This document shows positions 9,770-19,756 of a stretch of 64,000 nucleotides of DNA, one piece after another; positions within the stretch are counted from its first letter, which is position 1, and every line of letters begins with the position of its first letter. The stretch lies in NCBI GenBank assembly GCA_965661285.1, contig CBFIDD010000002.1:160001-224000 (forward strand). Direction: 5' to 3'. The DNA is from Poseidonia sp. (GTDB lineage Archaea > Thermoplasmatota > Poseidoniia > Poseidoniales > Poseidoniaceae). The notes below the pieces were generated by a model. The model saw nothing but the letters and a program-made list of their open reading frames with translations, searched no databases and was not told the DNA's origin. The translations under genes and the position numbers were made by a program.

Positions 9770-9841
9770 CGCCCCTGCCGCGATTCGAACGCGGGTTCCT
9801 GGCTCCGGAGGCCGGGGTGATATCCACTACACTACAGGGGC
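9770..9841 (-). tRNA. tRNA-Arg(CCG)
   Basis: Reverse complement GCCCCTGTAGTGTAGTGG..CCGGC-CTCCGGA-GCCAG..GTTCGAATC..CAGGGGCG. Confidence 0.92.
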
Positions 9842-9882
9842 GTTTTCTCCCCAGACTCTCACCCGTATCAGGTCTTCTCCCC

Positions 9883-12800
9883 TCAAGGCTTGGGCTCCCA
9901 AGGCAGGTCAGGCGATGCCCTCACCCACACCGAACCGCTGCCGGTAGGGTATTCCACCGTTTCAATCCCGTCCAGCATCATGCCCATCAAATCGTGATGA
10001 GGTGCGTCTTGAGTGGAGAGGTCGCTCAGAAGAGAGGAGGCTGCCTCATCCTGTTGCAGAATTGGGGCATCCGATACGGTGGGATTGGCCGCTGCCGTGG
10101 TGGCGGCATCGAAATCGAGTGGTTGCTTTGCGTAGGGAGGCGGCGAAGCTTCACCAAACATGGCCTCGTTCAGTTGGTTTTCATCGGACCAAACCTCGGT
10201 GTCTGTTCCTTGACTTCTGTTGCTCCTCAGGAACCCGAGCAGCAGGCCCGCCAAGACCAAGAAAAGAGCCCCGGCAGAGGCATAGATGATGTCATTGGAG
10301 ACGCTGGCCACGATGTCAGCGTTATCGCCAACACCATCACCGTCGGTGTCTTTTGTCTCCGTTGGGTCTTCTGGGAACGCATCATCTGCATCGGGCACAC
10401 CATCACCGTCACCGTCAAATGCGTCGTACGTGGTCTCACACACCACGATGAGCAACGAAAGTTCGTCGCGGTCAATCCGATCATCCTCGTTGATGTTGAT
10501 GAGATCGAAGTCGTAGTCGTTCACCCATGGATGGGACTGCAACGCAGCGAGGGATACACTGTCGCGTCCGTTCGAAAATTCGTCAAACACATACTCGAGT
10601 TCCGCGTCGCACGTGCATGAGAATTGCAGTGCTTCTCTGTACTCAACGAGGTTGTCCATGTTGACGTCCACGCTTTTCAGGTCATCTGTGGAAAAGCCCG
10701 CCAGTTTAATCTCTCGCTCATCGAGGATTCCGTCGTTGTTTTGGTCTGCATCCTCGAAATGTGAGGTCGTTTCCTCAACACAGGTTGGCACGCTGTCGGG
10801 CTCCTCATCACCACCGGGCTCAACGGGGTCAACGGGGAGTTCGGTTTCGTCCCAACGAGCGACCAAGGTAATTTCCTCTGCATCAGACAGTCCCGTCATC
10901 GTGATGTCAACGCGACCGTTCATTGGGAATTCAACGGTCACCTGATGGTTGGTCCCTTCCTTTCCGCTCGTGATATCAAACGGCGAAGTGGAGACGTCCA
11001 TGCCAAAGCCCGGACCTGGGCGCCCTCCGCCGTCAGTGAATTCAAGCTCATAGGCAACCCCCTCAACGGTGAGCGTGATGTCGCCCGAGCCACCGTAGGC
11101 TTCGAGCGTAAACACATTTCCGGGCGCATCAAGCATGGCGAAGAAGAAAACCTCCGCTCCTTTGGCGACGCTGATACCCTCGAGAGGCTCGTCGTGGAAC
11201 AGTTCAAGGGGCGTTCCGTCGTAGTCCCAGACGTACCTGTCCGTAAATTCGGCGACAATGTTGACGCCCGTAAAGGCTGATTCGGAGGTGAGAAGAATGT
11301 ACCACCAACCCGGCGTGGGGTCGTTGAAGGCGATGCGGTCGTCGGCACCATCAACGGTCGAGTGGTGGTCGTAGGTTGATGTTGTCGGGGCTTGGTCCAA
11401 ACGCATGTAGAGCGCAGCCTCACCTGCGCCATCGGTTAAGTCCACCACCAATCGCTCGGTGCCTTGGGGTACATCGACCTTGAAGTACTGCATCAGGCCA
11501 TCATACCCGCTCAGGAGGCCGTATTCAACACCCGGCGTGAGCGTGATGGCATCTTCAGGGTCAACGTTTTCTGGCGGGTAGACAAAGTCGGCAACGATGG
11601 TAAATTCCCGGGCGTTGCGGAAGGAATACGCCGTGATGTAATACAGTCCCGGCTCGACGTCGAACAGGTGAACTTCCTCTTCGTTGCCGGGTCCCGTTGA
11701 CCATGATTCCATGGTGGTTTCTTCGTTGCTCTTCTCGCCTGTGTCCTCATCAAACCCAATCGGTTCATCCCACCACAGCGTCGGCTCGGGCGGGCTGTAG
11801 TAGGATATACCAATGTCCACATTACCCTGGCCATCGTAGGTGCGGACACGAAGGTCGGCAAGCGGTTCGGTAACGTTCACGTAATAGAAATTCATGTTCA
11901 CATCACCGTTGTTGTACGAATCCCACGTCACATCCTGGTTGGTCACTGGAATGCTTTCTTTCAACTCGGTCATGTCGTCGAGTGTGGGGGGTGGGTCAGC
12001 GATATCGGCCGTCAGTTCGATGTACAATTCATCAACATCGGTCTCAAGAATCATGGTGAACCACATGACACCTTCTGCGGGCCACGACCACGTTTCGTAC
12101 ACAAAGCCCCACTCTCCGAACGAAGCCGTATCGTGGTTCCACTCGTCGGGGATCTCATTGGATTGTGCGTAGACCGTGTACTCGGTCATCTCTTCAAAAT
12201 CACCAAATTTGAGCGAATAGGAGGTCCAGTACAACTCCCGAGTGTATTCTCCAATTTCCACGAAGAAGAGTAAGGTGTCGCCTGCTGCTGCGGACTCGAC
12301 ATCATAGCCCTCACCGATGAAAAGTTCCACCGCTTGAGCCACGATACTGCCGTCTGGCATGACCCAGTCGGCGCCTTCGATGCTGGCCATGTACTCCTCC
12401 GCAGCATCCCATGTCTCACCGCCTTCTCCTTCGGGGAAATCCAGATGCAATCGCAACTCCATGGTGGTAGAGGAAGCGCCTGCTCTCACGGTGATGTTGT
12501 CGAGCACACCCTCGAAGTGGGAGCAATCGCAACCAGCACCCATCCGTGCGAGGTACAACTCATCGCATTCAAGGCCGGCTTCAAAGCAATCGTTTGAACC
12601 AAAATCACCCAGGGGGATGGAGGCGTCCTCGTCTGCAATGACGCCCGCTTCTTCGCCGTTGATGTGGAACGTGTATCCTTCGCCAACCACGACGTTCACT
12701 TGCACGTGAGACCACGTATCGGCTTCAACCGTTCCGTTTGAGATCGGATGGCGAGAGAGGCTGTATTCTGAAGAAAACGCCAGATGATCGCCCTGAAGGT

Positions 12801-13491
12801 ACATGCCCCAACCGTAGTCGCCCTTCATGAGGATGAACTGATTTGACTCGACATGGTAGGGGTGAACCCATGCTGATAGTTCGAGATGGGTGATGTTGGT
12901 CATGTCCAAATCGTCGTTGTGGTCGAGCACAACATGGTCGTAAGCACCGTCAAACCGCAGAGCATAATCGGCTCCCGGTCCGATTTCTACCACGCCGTAC
13001 ACCGGGAAGTACTGAGGGTCGTTTTCCAAATCGTTCCATGTGCCGGGGTCAATGTTGCCCATGTTGGTGCTGGCGATGTGGACAAAGTGTTCGTCTCCGC
13101 CTTCTGACGGTTGTGCTTCACCCCAGTTTCTGTACAAAAACGGCGTTCCGTCATGCCATCGATAGGCACCCTCGTTGGTTGCATCCGATAATCCGGTCCA
13201 CAGGTGTCGGGATTGATTGTCCCACGAAGCAAAGGTATCGAAGAGCCAGGTGTTTTCCTGTTCGTCGTCAACAGTCACCAAAAAGCCGTTCAACGAACGG
13301 GCATACGACGCCGCATCTTCCCATGACGATGCAGTCAAGAGGTGGTAGGTGTTGTTGTTGGCGGGATTGATAGCGGTGTGCAAGACGGTCATGCCTTCCT
13401 CGTCTGCTGGGTCTTCCGCAGCAACGGGCGCAGCGAGCGGTGAGGCAAGACTCAAGAGAAACAAGCCAACGAGCCAAAGGGCGTTCTTCAT
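9883..13491 (-). CDS. Large surface protein: signal peptide, C-type lectin, LamG-like, PPC-like repeats, EF-hands, TSP3-like repeats, TM anchor, cytoplasmic tail
   Basis: WTGLSD..YRWHDG..NWGEAQP..WND (C-type lectin); ALRFDG (LamG); PGLYYI and PGWWYI (PPC); DQNNDGILDERE; DGDGDGVPDADDAFP; TM before last ~110 aa. Confidence 0.85.
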   Translation of the reverse strand: MKNALWLVGLFLLSLASPLAAPVAAEDPADEEGMTVLHTAINPANNNTYHLLTASSWEDAASYARSLNGFLVTVDDEQENTWLFDTFASWDNQSRHLWTGLSDATNEGAYRWHDGTPFLYRNWGEAQPSEGGDEHFVHIASTNMGNIDPGTWNDLENDPQYFPVYGVVEIGPGADYALRFDGAYDHVVLDHNDDLDMTNITHLELSAWVHPYHVESNQFILMKGDYGWGMYLQGDHLAFSSEYSLSRHPISNGTVEADTWSHVQVNVVVGEGYTFHINGEEAGVIADEDASIPLGDFGSNDCFEAGLECDELYLARMGAGCDCSHFEGVLDNITVRAGASSTTMELRLHLDFPEGEGGETWDAAEEYMASIEGADWVMPDGSIVAQAVELFIGEGYDVESAAAGDTLLFFVEIGEYTRELYWTSYSLKFGDFEEMTEYTVYAQSNEIPDEWNHDTASFGEWGFVYETWSWPAEGVMWFTMILETDVDELYIELTADIADPPPTLDDMTELKESIPVTNQDVTWDSYNNGDVNMNFYYVNVTEPLADLRVRTYDGQGNVDIGISYYSPPEPTLWWDEPIGFDEDTGEKSNEETTMESWSTGPGNEEEVHLFDVEPGLYYITAYSFRNAREFTIVADFVYPPENVDPEDAITLTPGVEYGLLSGYDGLMQYFKVDVPQGTERLVVDLTDGAGEAALYMRLDQAPTTSTYDHHSTVDGADDRIAFNDPTPGWWYILLTSESAFTGVNIVAEFTDRYVWDYDGTPLELFHDEPLEGISVAKGAEVFFFAMLDAPGNVFTLEAYGGSGDITLTVEGVAYELEFTDGGGRPGPGFGMDVSTSPFDITSGKEGTNHQVTVEFPMNGRVDITMTGLSDAEEITLVARWDETELPVDPVEPGGDEEPDSVPTCVEETTSHFEDADQNNDGILDEREIKLAGFSTDDLKSVDVNMDNLVEYREALQFSCTCDAELEYVFDEFSNGRDSVSLAALQSHPWVNDYDFDLININEDDRIDRDELSLLIVVCETTYDAFDGDGDGVPDADDAFPEDPTETKDTDGDGVGDNADIVASVSNDIIYASAGALFLVLAGLLLGFLRSNRSQGTDTEVWSDENQLNEAMFGEASPPPYAKQPLDFDAATTAAANPTVSDAPILQQDEAASSLLSDLSTQDAPHHDLMGMMLDGIETVEYPTGSGSVWVRASPDLPWEPKP

Positions 13492-13512
13492 GGTAGGCAC
13501 TCGTGCGAGATT

Positions 13513-13604
13513 GTATTTGAATCAAATGGTAAAACGATCGGACAGACCTCCCACAGGATTTGCTGCTTTTACTGCATCGTGGGATCGTTCAAGATTTCAA
13601 ATAC
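13513..13604. promoter_or_regulatory. Divergent promoters with identical TTCAAATAC boxes
   Basis: TTCAAATAC on minus (13521-13513) and plus (13596-13604), each starting 30 nt before its ATG. Confidence 0.65.
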
Positions 13605-13625
13605 TGGACCATACGGCCTGCCTCC

Positions 13626-14096
13626 ATGCACGACGAAGTTATGCTACGAATTGAGGGCCTTCTCAAGGGCGAAGACGACTGGGTGGCTGCGATGGCCACC
13701 GTGGTGTGCGAACTCCATCACGGCTTTGACCACTTTCACTGGACCGGTTTCTACAGAACGACACAACCGGGTCTTCTGAAAATTGGCCCCTACCAAGGCG
13801 GGCATGGGTGTCTGGAAATACCGTTTGACAAGGGCATCTGCGGGGCAGCGGCACGAACAGGTGAAACACAAGATGTACCGGACGTTCATGCTCGACCCGA
13901 TCACATTGCCTGCAGTTCATCCACCAACAGCGAAGTCGTGGTTCCCGTCAAAGACGTTTCCGGGGCGGTTGTGGCTGTCCTTGACGTTGATTCGGACACC
14001 CCTACAGCGTTCTCAGCTGAAGACGTTGCTTTCCTCGAAGGGGTCTGCAAAATGCTCGGCCAACGATTCCACAACGAGTCCAAGTCACAAAACTAG
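13626..14096 (+). CDS. msrC: GAF-domain free methionine-R-sulfoxide reductase
   Basis: WTGFY, GPYQGGHGC..I..GICG, HIACS..SEVVVP, VLDVDS. Confidence 0.85.
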   Translation: MHDEVMLRIEGLLKGEDDWVAAMATVVCELHHGFDHFHWTGFYRTTQPGLLKIGPYQGGHGCLEIPFDKGICGAAARTGETQDVPDVHARPDHIACSSSTNSEVVVPVKDVSGAVVAVLDVDSDTPTAFSAEDVAFLEGVCKMLGQRFHNESKSQN

Positions 14097-14350
14097 CTTC
14101 TCTTATCCTGAGATGCCTCCAATCGCTCAATGTATGCCATCTGTTCTCTTTGAACCGCCCGCGCATCTCTAGCCTCCTTCTCCTTGAGATAGGCCTGGTG
14201 TTCATCTTTGAGGTAGAGAGCAATGACTGCGAAACCACCAATGCAACAAAAACCCCCCAATATCCGTGAAAAGAAATCCCCCCCCATGAGCATGAGAGCA
14301 CCAATCGTTATCATAATGGAGGCTGAATACATTTCTATGCTGTTTTTCAC
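14093..14350 (-). CDS. Small 2-TM protein with charged tail
   Basis: 85-aa ORF; visibly more AT-rich than flanks. Confidence 0.55.
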   Translation of the reverse strand: MKNSIEMYSASIMITIGALMLMGGDFFSRILGGFCCIGGFAVIALYLKDEHQAYLKEKEARDARAVQREQMAYIERLEASQDKRS

Positions 14351-14401
14351 GGTAGAGCCTTGACGAAACTCAGTGAAATAGTTTGTCCCAACAGGGATGA
14401 T

Positions 14402-17400
14402 TCATCCGAGTTTCTTTCCACCGATGCGGAGTTCTGTTTGAAGCGGCATTTGGTGTTCCCAAGCGAATTCTTTGACGATGCGCCATGCCTTTTCAGAGCC
14501 CTCGTAATCTTTGACATCGATGATTTTGTTTCGAGTGTTGGCTTTGAAAGCGGCCACCGGCTCGGCATTCCGGAACACAAGGTAAGCCGAGCCAAAGCCA
14601 AAGCGTTCCTTCATGATGTCGGTGAAGTACGGAGCGATGGGGTCGGAAGGAGGCAAGACGAAATCACGAATCGCTGGAATGGAGCGGGCCTCCTCAAGCA
14701 GTTTCTTGCGACCCCAACACACTTGGTGGAAGTCCTCAATGAGGAAACCTTTGATCAGCGTTCCATCCTCCTCAAAGGAGTTCAGCACCGCCTTCAGTTC
14801 CTCGGGTTTGAAGGACGGACCTGCCAATTGTGTCATTTGACGCAGCGTGATGACCGGGAATTTTTCAACCAACTTTCGTATGTACTCTTTTCTTAATTCG
14901 GCCCTGTCAACGGCCTCTGGAACGAAAACACTGCGGAAACCACCTCGGAAATCCTGAACGATGTGGCCCGTTCGAATGAGCGGTTGAATCAGTCTCCTAA
15001 ATTCCGACTGCGAAAGCGCATGACGCTCCTTGAACAGGTTGGGGTCCGTGTGATTGCTAAAGAAGTCAACAATGTCCCACAGCTCCTCATCGGCGGGCTG
15101 GTTTCGGATGGCGAGAATTTGTTGGAAGTGTTCGTAGGAAGCCCACACCTGGTGGCCTCTCAAGTTGATGCCCTGATGGAGGCGATGGGCACTGGCCATG
15201 CTCTTCAGGTCAACACGGTAGAGTTCACTGCGGCCACGAAGGGCGAAATCATCGCGGATTTCATCCACCTTCTTGAGCGCCAAAATTTCATTTTCATGAC
15301 GTGTGGACTGGTGAAGATGGTGCTTGTGGAAGAGCGCCCGCTCAGCGATTTCACGGGGTTGCGGGTCAACAACAGCACCCCGAATCATGCGTTCTCCAGT
15401 CATTTTGAAACCAATGCGTTCCAAGGCTTGACGCGATGTCTCGTCGAGGGATGTGATGGGTTCGCTGTTGAAATTTGAGAGAACGGAGACATCGACGAGT
15501 TGGGCAGCGTGATTTTCCAACAGGACTTCGAACGCCTCACAGAACTCATCGAGATAGGCACTGGGCACGTGGAGGTCTTTGATTTCCAAGTAGTCGTTGA
15601 CCTTGAACATCAGGACCTTGCCAATCGGGTCAACGCCCTTGAAGATGGGAAGGTACCAACCTCGGTCCAAGACACTGCGAACTTCCCAGATAAATCGAGA
15701 CACATAGGGGTCGGATTGTGTCAAGATGCGAACGGTTCTGTCCTCACGACGGGGTCGCATCAATTCTTCAACTTCGTCCGGTGCGCAGAAAAACGCCTCG
15801 GGTTCGGGAACAAGCGCCATCACTTTTGCAATTCGCCCGGATGATTCCAGATTCATCAGCGCAATCGTCAACTCTTCAAAACTGCGCGAGACGTAAAAGC
15901 GGAGTGTGCTCGCCTTGACCGGTCCCATACGACGAATCACTTCCTCAAGAGCGTCCTCAAAGGAAAGTTGCGGGTAAACGTCCTGCACACGATGGAAGAG
16001 TGAAAGACGGCGGCGGCGCCCAGGAACTTCCTCGAATTGCTTGACGACGAGCATCTGACGCTCAAGATTGCTGAGTGCATTTTTCAAATCCCGTTGAAGT
16101 GATTTGTGTTCGTCACCTTTTGGATACCCCTGCATGATCTCCTGGCGAGTGACATTCTCTCCAGGTGGAATTTTGCTGAGGATTTCCTCTTCCATTGGCC
16201 CCATCCAAGGCTCGGGTTTCAATCCGAGCAACATGGAGATGTTTCGCTTCGTGGTGTAGCCGATGCGGTTGTGGAGCAAACGACCCATGACGACATCAGA
16301 ATCCAACTGCACATCCGTCCAGTCGCTGAAGGCGAATTGGTCAACTCGGTACAGCAATTCTTGTTGTTTTTGGAAGAGCACGTGCTCGTTGAACGCGGTG
16401 AAACTGTCATCGTACTGCTTGAAGGATTTGTCAAGCACCATGTTCTGAATCCAGCGGTATTCCACCACTTCTTCCTCGCCGCCCGTGAGGCGATGTTCGT
16501 CAATTTTCAGAATGTATTCCGCATCGTTGGTTTGGATGTAAAACCCAACAGAAATGACGTTTCGTCCTTCCAATTCGTGGAGGGTTCGCTCGATGAGCGT
16601 TTGCGGGAAGGGAAGACGGTCAACCATTTCCTCGGATGTTTTCGGCCCTTCTGAGCCCAACATTTCAATGATTTTTACACGCAGTGCTTCCTTAGGATCC
16701 CCGAGAACACATTCTTCCCACGCCAGCGGTTTTGTGCCGTCAAATGCCGTGGCCATTTTGTACGTGAGACCTTTGGTGTGGAGTTCGAGAACGTTCTCGA
16801 TTTCTTTTCCTCCGGCAACGGCGAGGCAACCAAGGGTGCCGTGTATTTCCGCCATGTAGGGTGCGAACCATTTTCCGTCCAGTTCTTCCTGACCCGTGCC
16901 ATCAAGTTTGGTGATTTGGCCGGACTGACACAATTCCTCGACCCATCCTCGAATGGTCTCAAGGGGAATGTCTGCGAGTTTTTCCTTGTAAAGCGGGTTG
17001 TTGAACTCACGGTCAAGCCCGCCGCCGTGGCTCATGAGCCGGAACAATTCCTTTGCGTTGGTGGGTATCGGTGCCTTATCGGCGTAGTATGTGTTCAGCT
17101 GTTCAGAGGATAGCTCGGTCGCAAGGGAACGTGTGCCGAGAAGTCGTTGGAGGATGCTCGGGTCAATGTCCTTGACGAGGAAGGCCCGTGTTTTCATCGA
17201 CATCAAATCTTCAAACGCCGACATGAAGAGCGACATACCCAATCTTGACGGTACAACGACCTTGGTATGGACGATGCGAGCATCACCCAAAACGCAGGCA
17301 TTGAGGAAGTGTTCCAAACCGATGAGGTCAATATCACCGAACATGATCTCGTTCTTTGCTTCCCGCATCAGCAAACTGGCATCCATCGTCCGGTGTTTCT

Positions 17401-19684
17401 GAAGCAGAGCTTCTGCACGCTGTTGGAACTGCTGCGGACTGATCTCTTCTGCACCCATGCGTTTGGGGATGATGAGAGAACGACCGGAGACCTCTCTGAA
17501 TCGCTTGGCAAAGATTTGGGTGTTGATGATGTAGCGCTCGATGACATCCAAGTGATTGTTTTCTCGAAACGCAGCGTACATCTCACCGGGGTTGACTTCT
17601 TGGGATGTTTTGAGCAGGAGGCCGTTTTCATCGAACGACATTTCGATGACGGCGACGTTGTTCGCCTCGGCAAGCCCAGCCATGAAATAACCCAGGGCTT
17701 TGTTGAACCCACGGCCGCGACAAGTGGTGATCATGTACGTCGGGAAGGCCCCACTGATAACTTGTTCGACCAGAATGCGTCGAGAATCGGGCACCTGAAA
17801 CGAATCGAGTGAATGTTCCTCAAGGTGCCGGGCAATGGCGTTGGCAACGTCATTGGACAACCCGTAAACCTCACGCAACAACAGCCTCGGGTCGGTTTCT
17901 CGTCGAAGCGCAACAATGCAGTGGCCGATCAAATCAAGAAGGGCTTGAGACAGTTCTCGGCTGCGGCTACGTGCTTCTCCCGACCACGAAGGGATGGTCG
18001 GACGGTGGCCTGTGACGCTGGTTACGTTGACCCGGGTGCCCTGGATGTTGGTCACCCGATAGGTGGAGCCGCCCAGTAAGATCACGTCGCCGGTGCGAAG
18101 GTTGGAAACGAATGAGCCGGACAATTTTCCGAGGATGGAGCCTTCTGCGTTGAAAACAAGATAGGAATTATCGGGAGCGATGGTCCCGATATTCGTGTAG
18201 TAAATCATTCGAGAATAACCGCGTTTTCCAAAAATATTCTCTTCCCAATCAACCCAAATTCGTCGCTCTTCCTCGAGCATGTCGAGAACTTCGATGAAAT
18301 CATCGTACTCGAAATTCCTGTACGACCACGAATTCACGATGATTTCGAACGCTTCATCAATATCCAACTCGTTGATGATGACCAAACCGATGATGAACTG
18401 GGCGACAACATCCAGACAGTTTTGTGGAAAATCCAACCGGTCCATGTCCCCGGTCTGAATCGCTGCTTGCAAGGCAGCGAGTTCAATGAGGTCGTCCACG
18501 CTCGTCGGCAAGAAGCGGGCGCGTGGTATACCGCCAACGTGGTGGCCAGCACGACCGATGCGCTGCAGGGCCGTGGCGATATCACCTGGGCTACCGACCT
18601 GCAGCACGAGGTCAACCGAACCAATGTCAATACCCATCTCAAGCGAGGAGGACGTGACCACGGCACGCAGATGGCCGTACTTGAGTTTCTTTTCAACATC
18701 CAATCGGATGTTTTTGTCCATTGAACCGTGGTGTCCGGCTACCAAATCGCCAAGGAAGGGTCGGAGTTTTTGCACGATGGTTTCCGTCATTTTTCTTGTG
18801 TTTGCAAACACCAGCGTCGTGGTGTGCGCACTGATGAGGTCAGCGATGGCTTCGATGTTGTATTCGAGGACCTTGACCATCGAGAGGTCGCTGAATTTTG
18901 GATGCGTGATCAGGATGTCCAAATCAAGTTCCCTCGATCCCGAAATTTTTGCAATGGACACCGAAGTTGGCTTGCCTCGTGCTTCTCGGTCATCACTGCT
19001 CACGAGGTACTCGGCCACGGTTTCAAGCGGCTCCATGGTCGCCGAGATGCCAATACGCTGAACGGGGTTCATCAGGAGCGAATCCAGCAAGGAAAGGGTC
19101 AACGAAAGATGTACACCTCGCTTGGTCGAGACCATCGAGTGCAATTCATCGATGATCATGTATTCCACTTCACTCACGATGGGTTGGAAACGAGGCGAGG
19201 TGATGGCGATGGCCAAACTCTCGGGTGTGGTGATCAAAATGTGGGGGGGTTTCCGCAACATCTTCTGTCGGTCAGACTGCGATGTATCGCCGGTGCGAAG
19301 CCCTACCCGAATTTCTTGAGCCCGGTCCGGAAGGTAGTTTTCCGTGATTTCATTGAGCGGTCCGATGAGATTTCGCTGAATGTCATTCGCAAGAGCTTTG
19401 ATGGGCGAGATGTAGATGGCGTGAACTTTCTTCTCGAGTTTATTGTCCAAGGCCAGGCGAACCAACTGGTCAATGACCGTCAAAAAGGCCGTCAGCGTTT
19501 TTCCAGAACCCGTCGGCGAACACAGCAGGAGGTGTTGATGATCCATAATGGCTGGAATGGCGAGTTTTTGCGGGCGAGTAAAATCGGGAAATTTGTCCTT
19601 GAACCACTGACGAACGGGGGGGCACAACCGCTCGTACAGGGCCTCGGATTCCAAAGGAGAATCCAAGTAGACTATCTCTGCCAT
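14402..19684 (-). CDS. lhr: Large Lhr-family SF2 helicase with long winged-helix C-terminal region
   Basis: SPTGSGKT, SPIKALANDI, TTPESL, IIDELH, SAT, HHGS, LEMGIDIG, QRIGRAGH; 1760 aa. Confidence 0.9.
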   Translation of the reverse strand: MAEIVYLDSPLESEALYERLCPPVRQWFKDKFPDFTRPQKLAIPAIMDHQHLLLCSPTGSGKTLTAFLTVIDQLVRLALDNKLEKKVHAIYISPIKALANDIQRNLIGPLNEITENYLPDRAQEIRVGLRTGDTSQSDRQKMLRKPPHILITTPESLAIAITSPRFQPIVSEVEYMIIDELHSMVSTKRGVHLSLTLSLLDSLLMNPVQRIGISATMEPLETVAEYLVSSDDREARGKPTSVSIAKISGSRELDLDILITHPKFSDLSMVKVLEYNIEAIADLISAHTTTLVFANTRKMTETIVQKLRPFLGDLVAGHHGSMDKNIRLDVEKKLKYGHLRAVVTSSSLEMGIDIGSVDLVLQVGSPGDIATALQRIGRAGHHVGGIPRARFLPTSVDDLIELAALQAAIQTGDMDRLDFPQNCLDVVAQFIIGLVIINELDIDEAFEIIVNSWSYRNFEYDDFIEVLDMLEEERRIWVDWEENIFGKRGYSRMIYYTNIGTIAPDNSYLVFNAEGSILGKLSGSFVSNLRTGDVILLGGSTYRVTNIQGTRVNVTSVTGHRPTIPSWSGEARSRSRELSQALLDLIGHCIVALRRETDPRLLLREVYGLSNDVANAIARHLEEHSLDSFQVPDSRRILVEQVISGAFPTYMITTCRGRGFNKALGYFMAGLAEANNVAVIEMSFDENGLLLKTSQEVNPGEMYAAFRENNHLDVIERYIINTQIFAKRFREVSGRSLIIPKRMGAEEISPQQFQQRAEALLQKHRTMDASLLMREAKNEIMFGDIDLIGLEHFLNACVLGDARIVHTKVVVPSRLGMSLFMSAFEDLMSMKTRAFLVKDIDPSILQRLLGTRSLATELSSEQLNTYYADKAPIPTNAKELFRLMSHGGGLDREFNNPLYKEKLADIPLETIRGWVEELCQSGQITKLDGTGQEELDGKWFAPYMAEIHGTLGCLAVAGGKEIENVLELHTKGLTYKMATAFDGTKPLAWEECVLGDPKEALRVKIIEMLGSEGPKTSEEMVDRLPFPQTLIERTLHELEGRNVISVGFYIQTNDAEYILKIDEHRLTGGEEEVVEYRWIQNMVLDKSFKQYDDSFTAFNEHVLFQKQQELLYRVDQFAFSDWTDVQLDSDVVMGRLLHNRIGYTTKRNISMLLGLKPEPWMGPMEEEILSKIPPGENVTRQEIMQGYPKGDEHKSLQRDLKNALSNLERQMLVVKQFEEVPGRRRRLSLFHRVQDVYPQLSFEDALEEVIRRMGPVKASTLRFYVSRSFEELTIALMNLESSGRIAKVMALVPEPEAFFCAPDEVEELMRPRREDRTVRILTQSDPYVSRFIWEVRSVLDRGWYLPIFKGVDPIGKVLMFKVNDYLEIKDLHVPSAYLDEFCEAFEVLLENHAAQLVDVSVLSNFNSEPITSLDETSRQALERIGFKMTGERMIRGAVVDPQPREIAERALFHKHHLHQSTRHENEILALKKVDEIRDDFALRGRSELYRVDLKSMASAHRLHQGINLRGHQVWASYEHFQQILAIRNQPADEELWDIVDFFSNHTDPNLFKERHALSQSEFRRLIQPLIRTGHIVQDFRGGFRSVFVPEAVDRAELRKEYIRKLVEKFPVITLRQMTQLAGPSFKPEELKAVLNSFEEDGTLIKGFLIEDFHQVCWGRKKLLEEARSIPAIRDFVLPPSDPIAPYFTDIMKERFGFGSAYLVFRNAEPVAAFKANTRNKIIDVKDYEGSEKAWRIVKEFAWEHQMPLQTELRIGGKKLG

Positions 19685-19756
19685 TTGTTTTTTCCACCCT
19701 ATTGTGTTGGAGCGGACTGAGTATATAAAAAAAGATTGCGATGATTTGAGGAAACA

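Noticed and set aside
8530-9841. OYE gene flanked by two tRNAs as a possible integrated island
   Set aside because: No integrase, no duplicated tRNA 3' end, and composition like the flanks.
13513-13604. Nested inverted repeats (GTATTTGAA/TTCAAATAC, AACGATC/GATCGTT, CCCAC/GTGGG) suggesting a structured ncRNA or MITE
   Set aside because: The outer arms are explained as two divergent promoter boxes at identical spacing; inner stems are short, with no target-site duplication or second copy.
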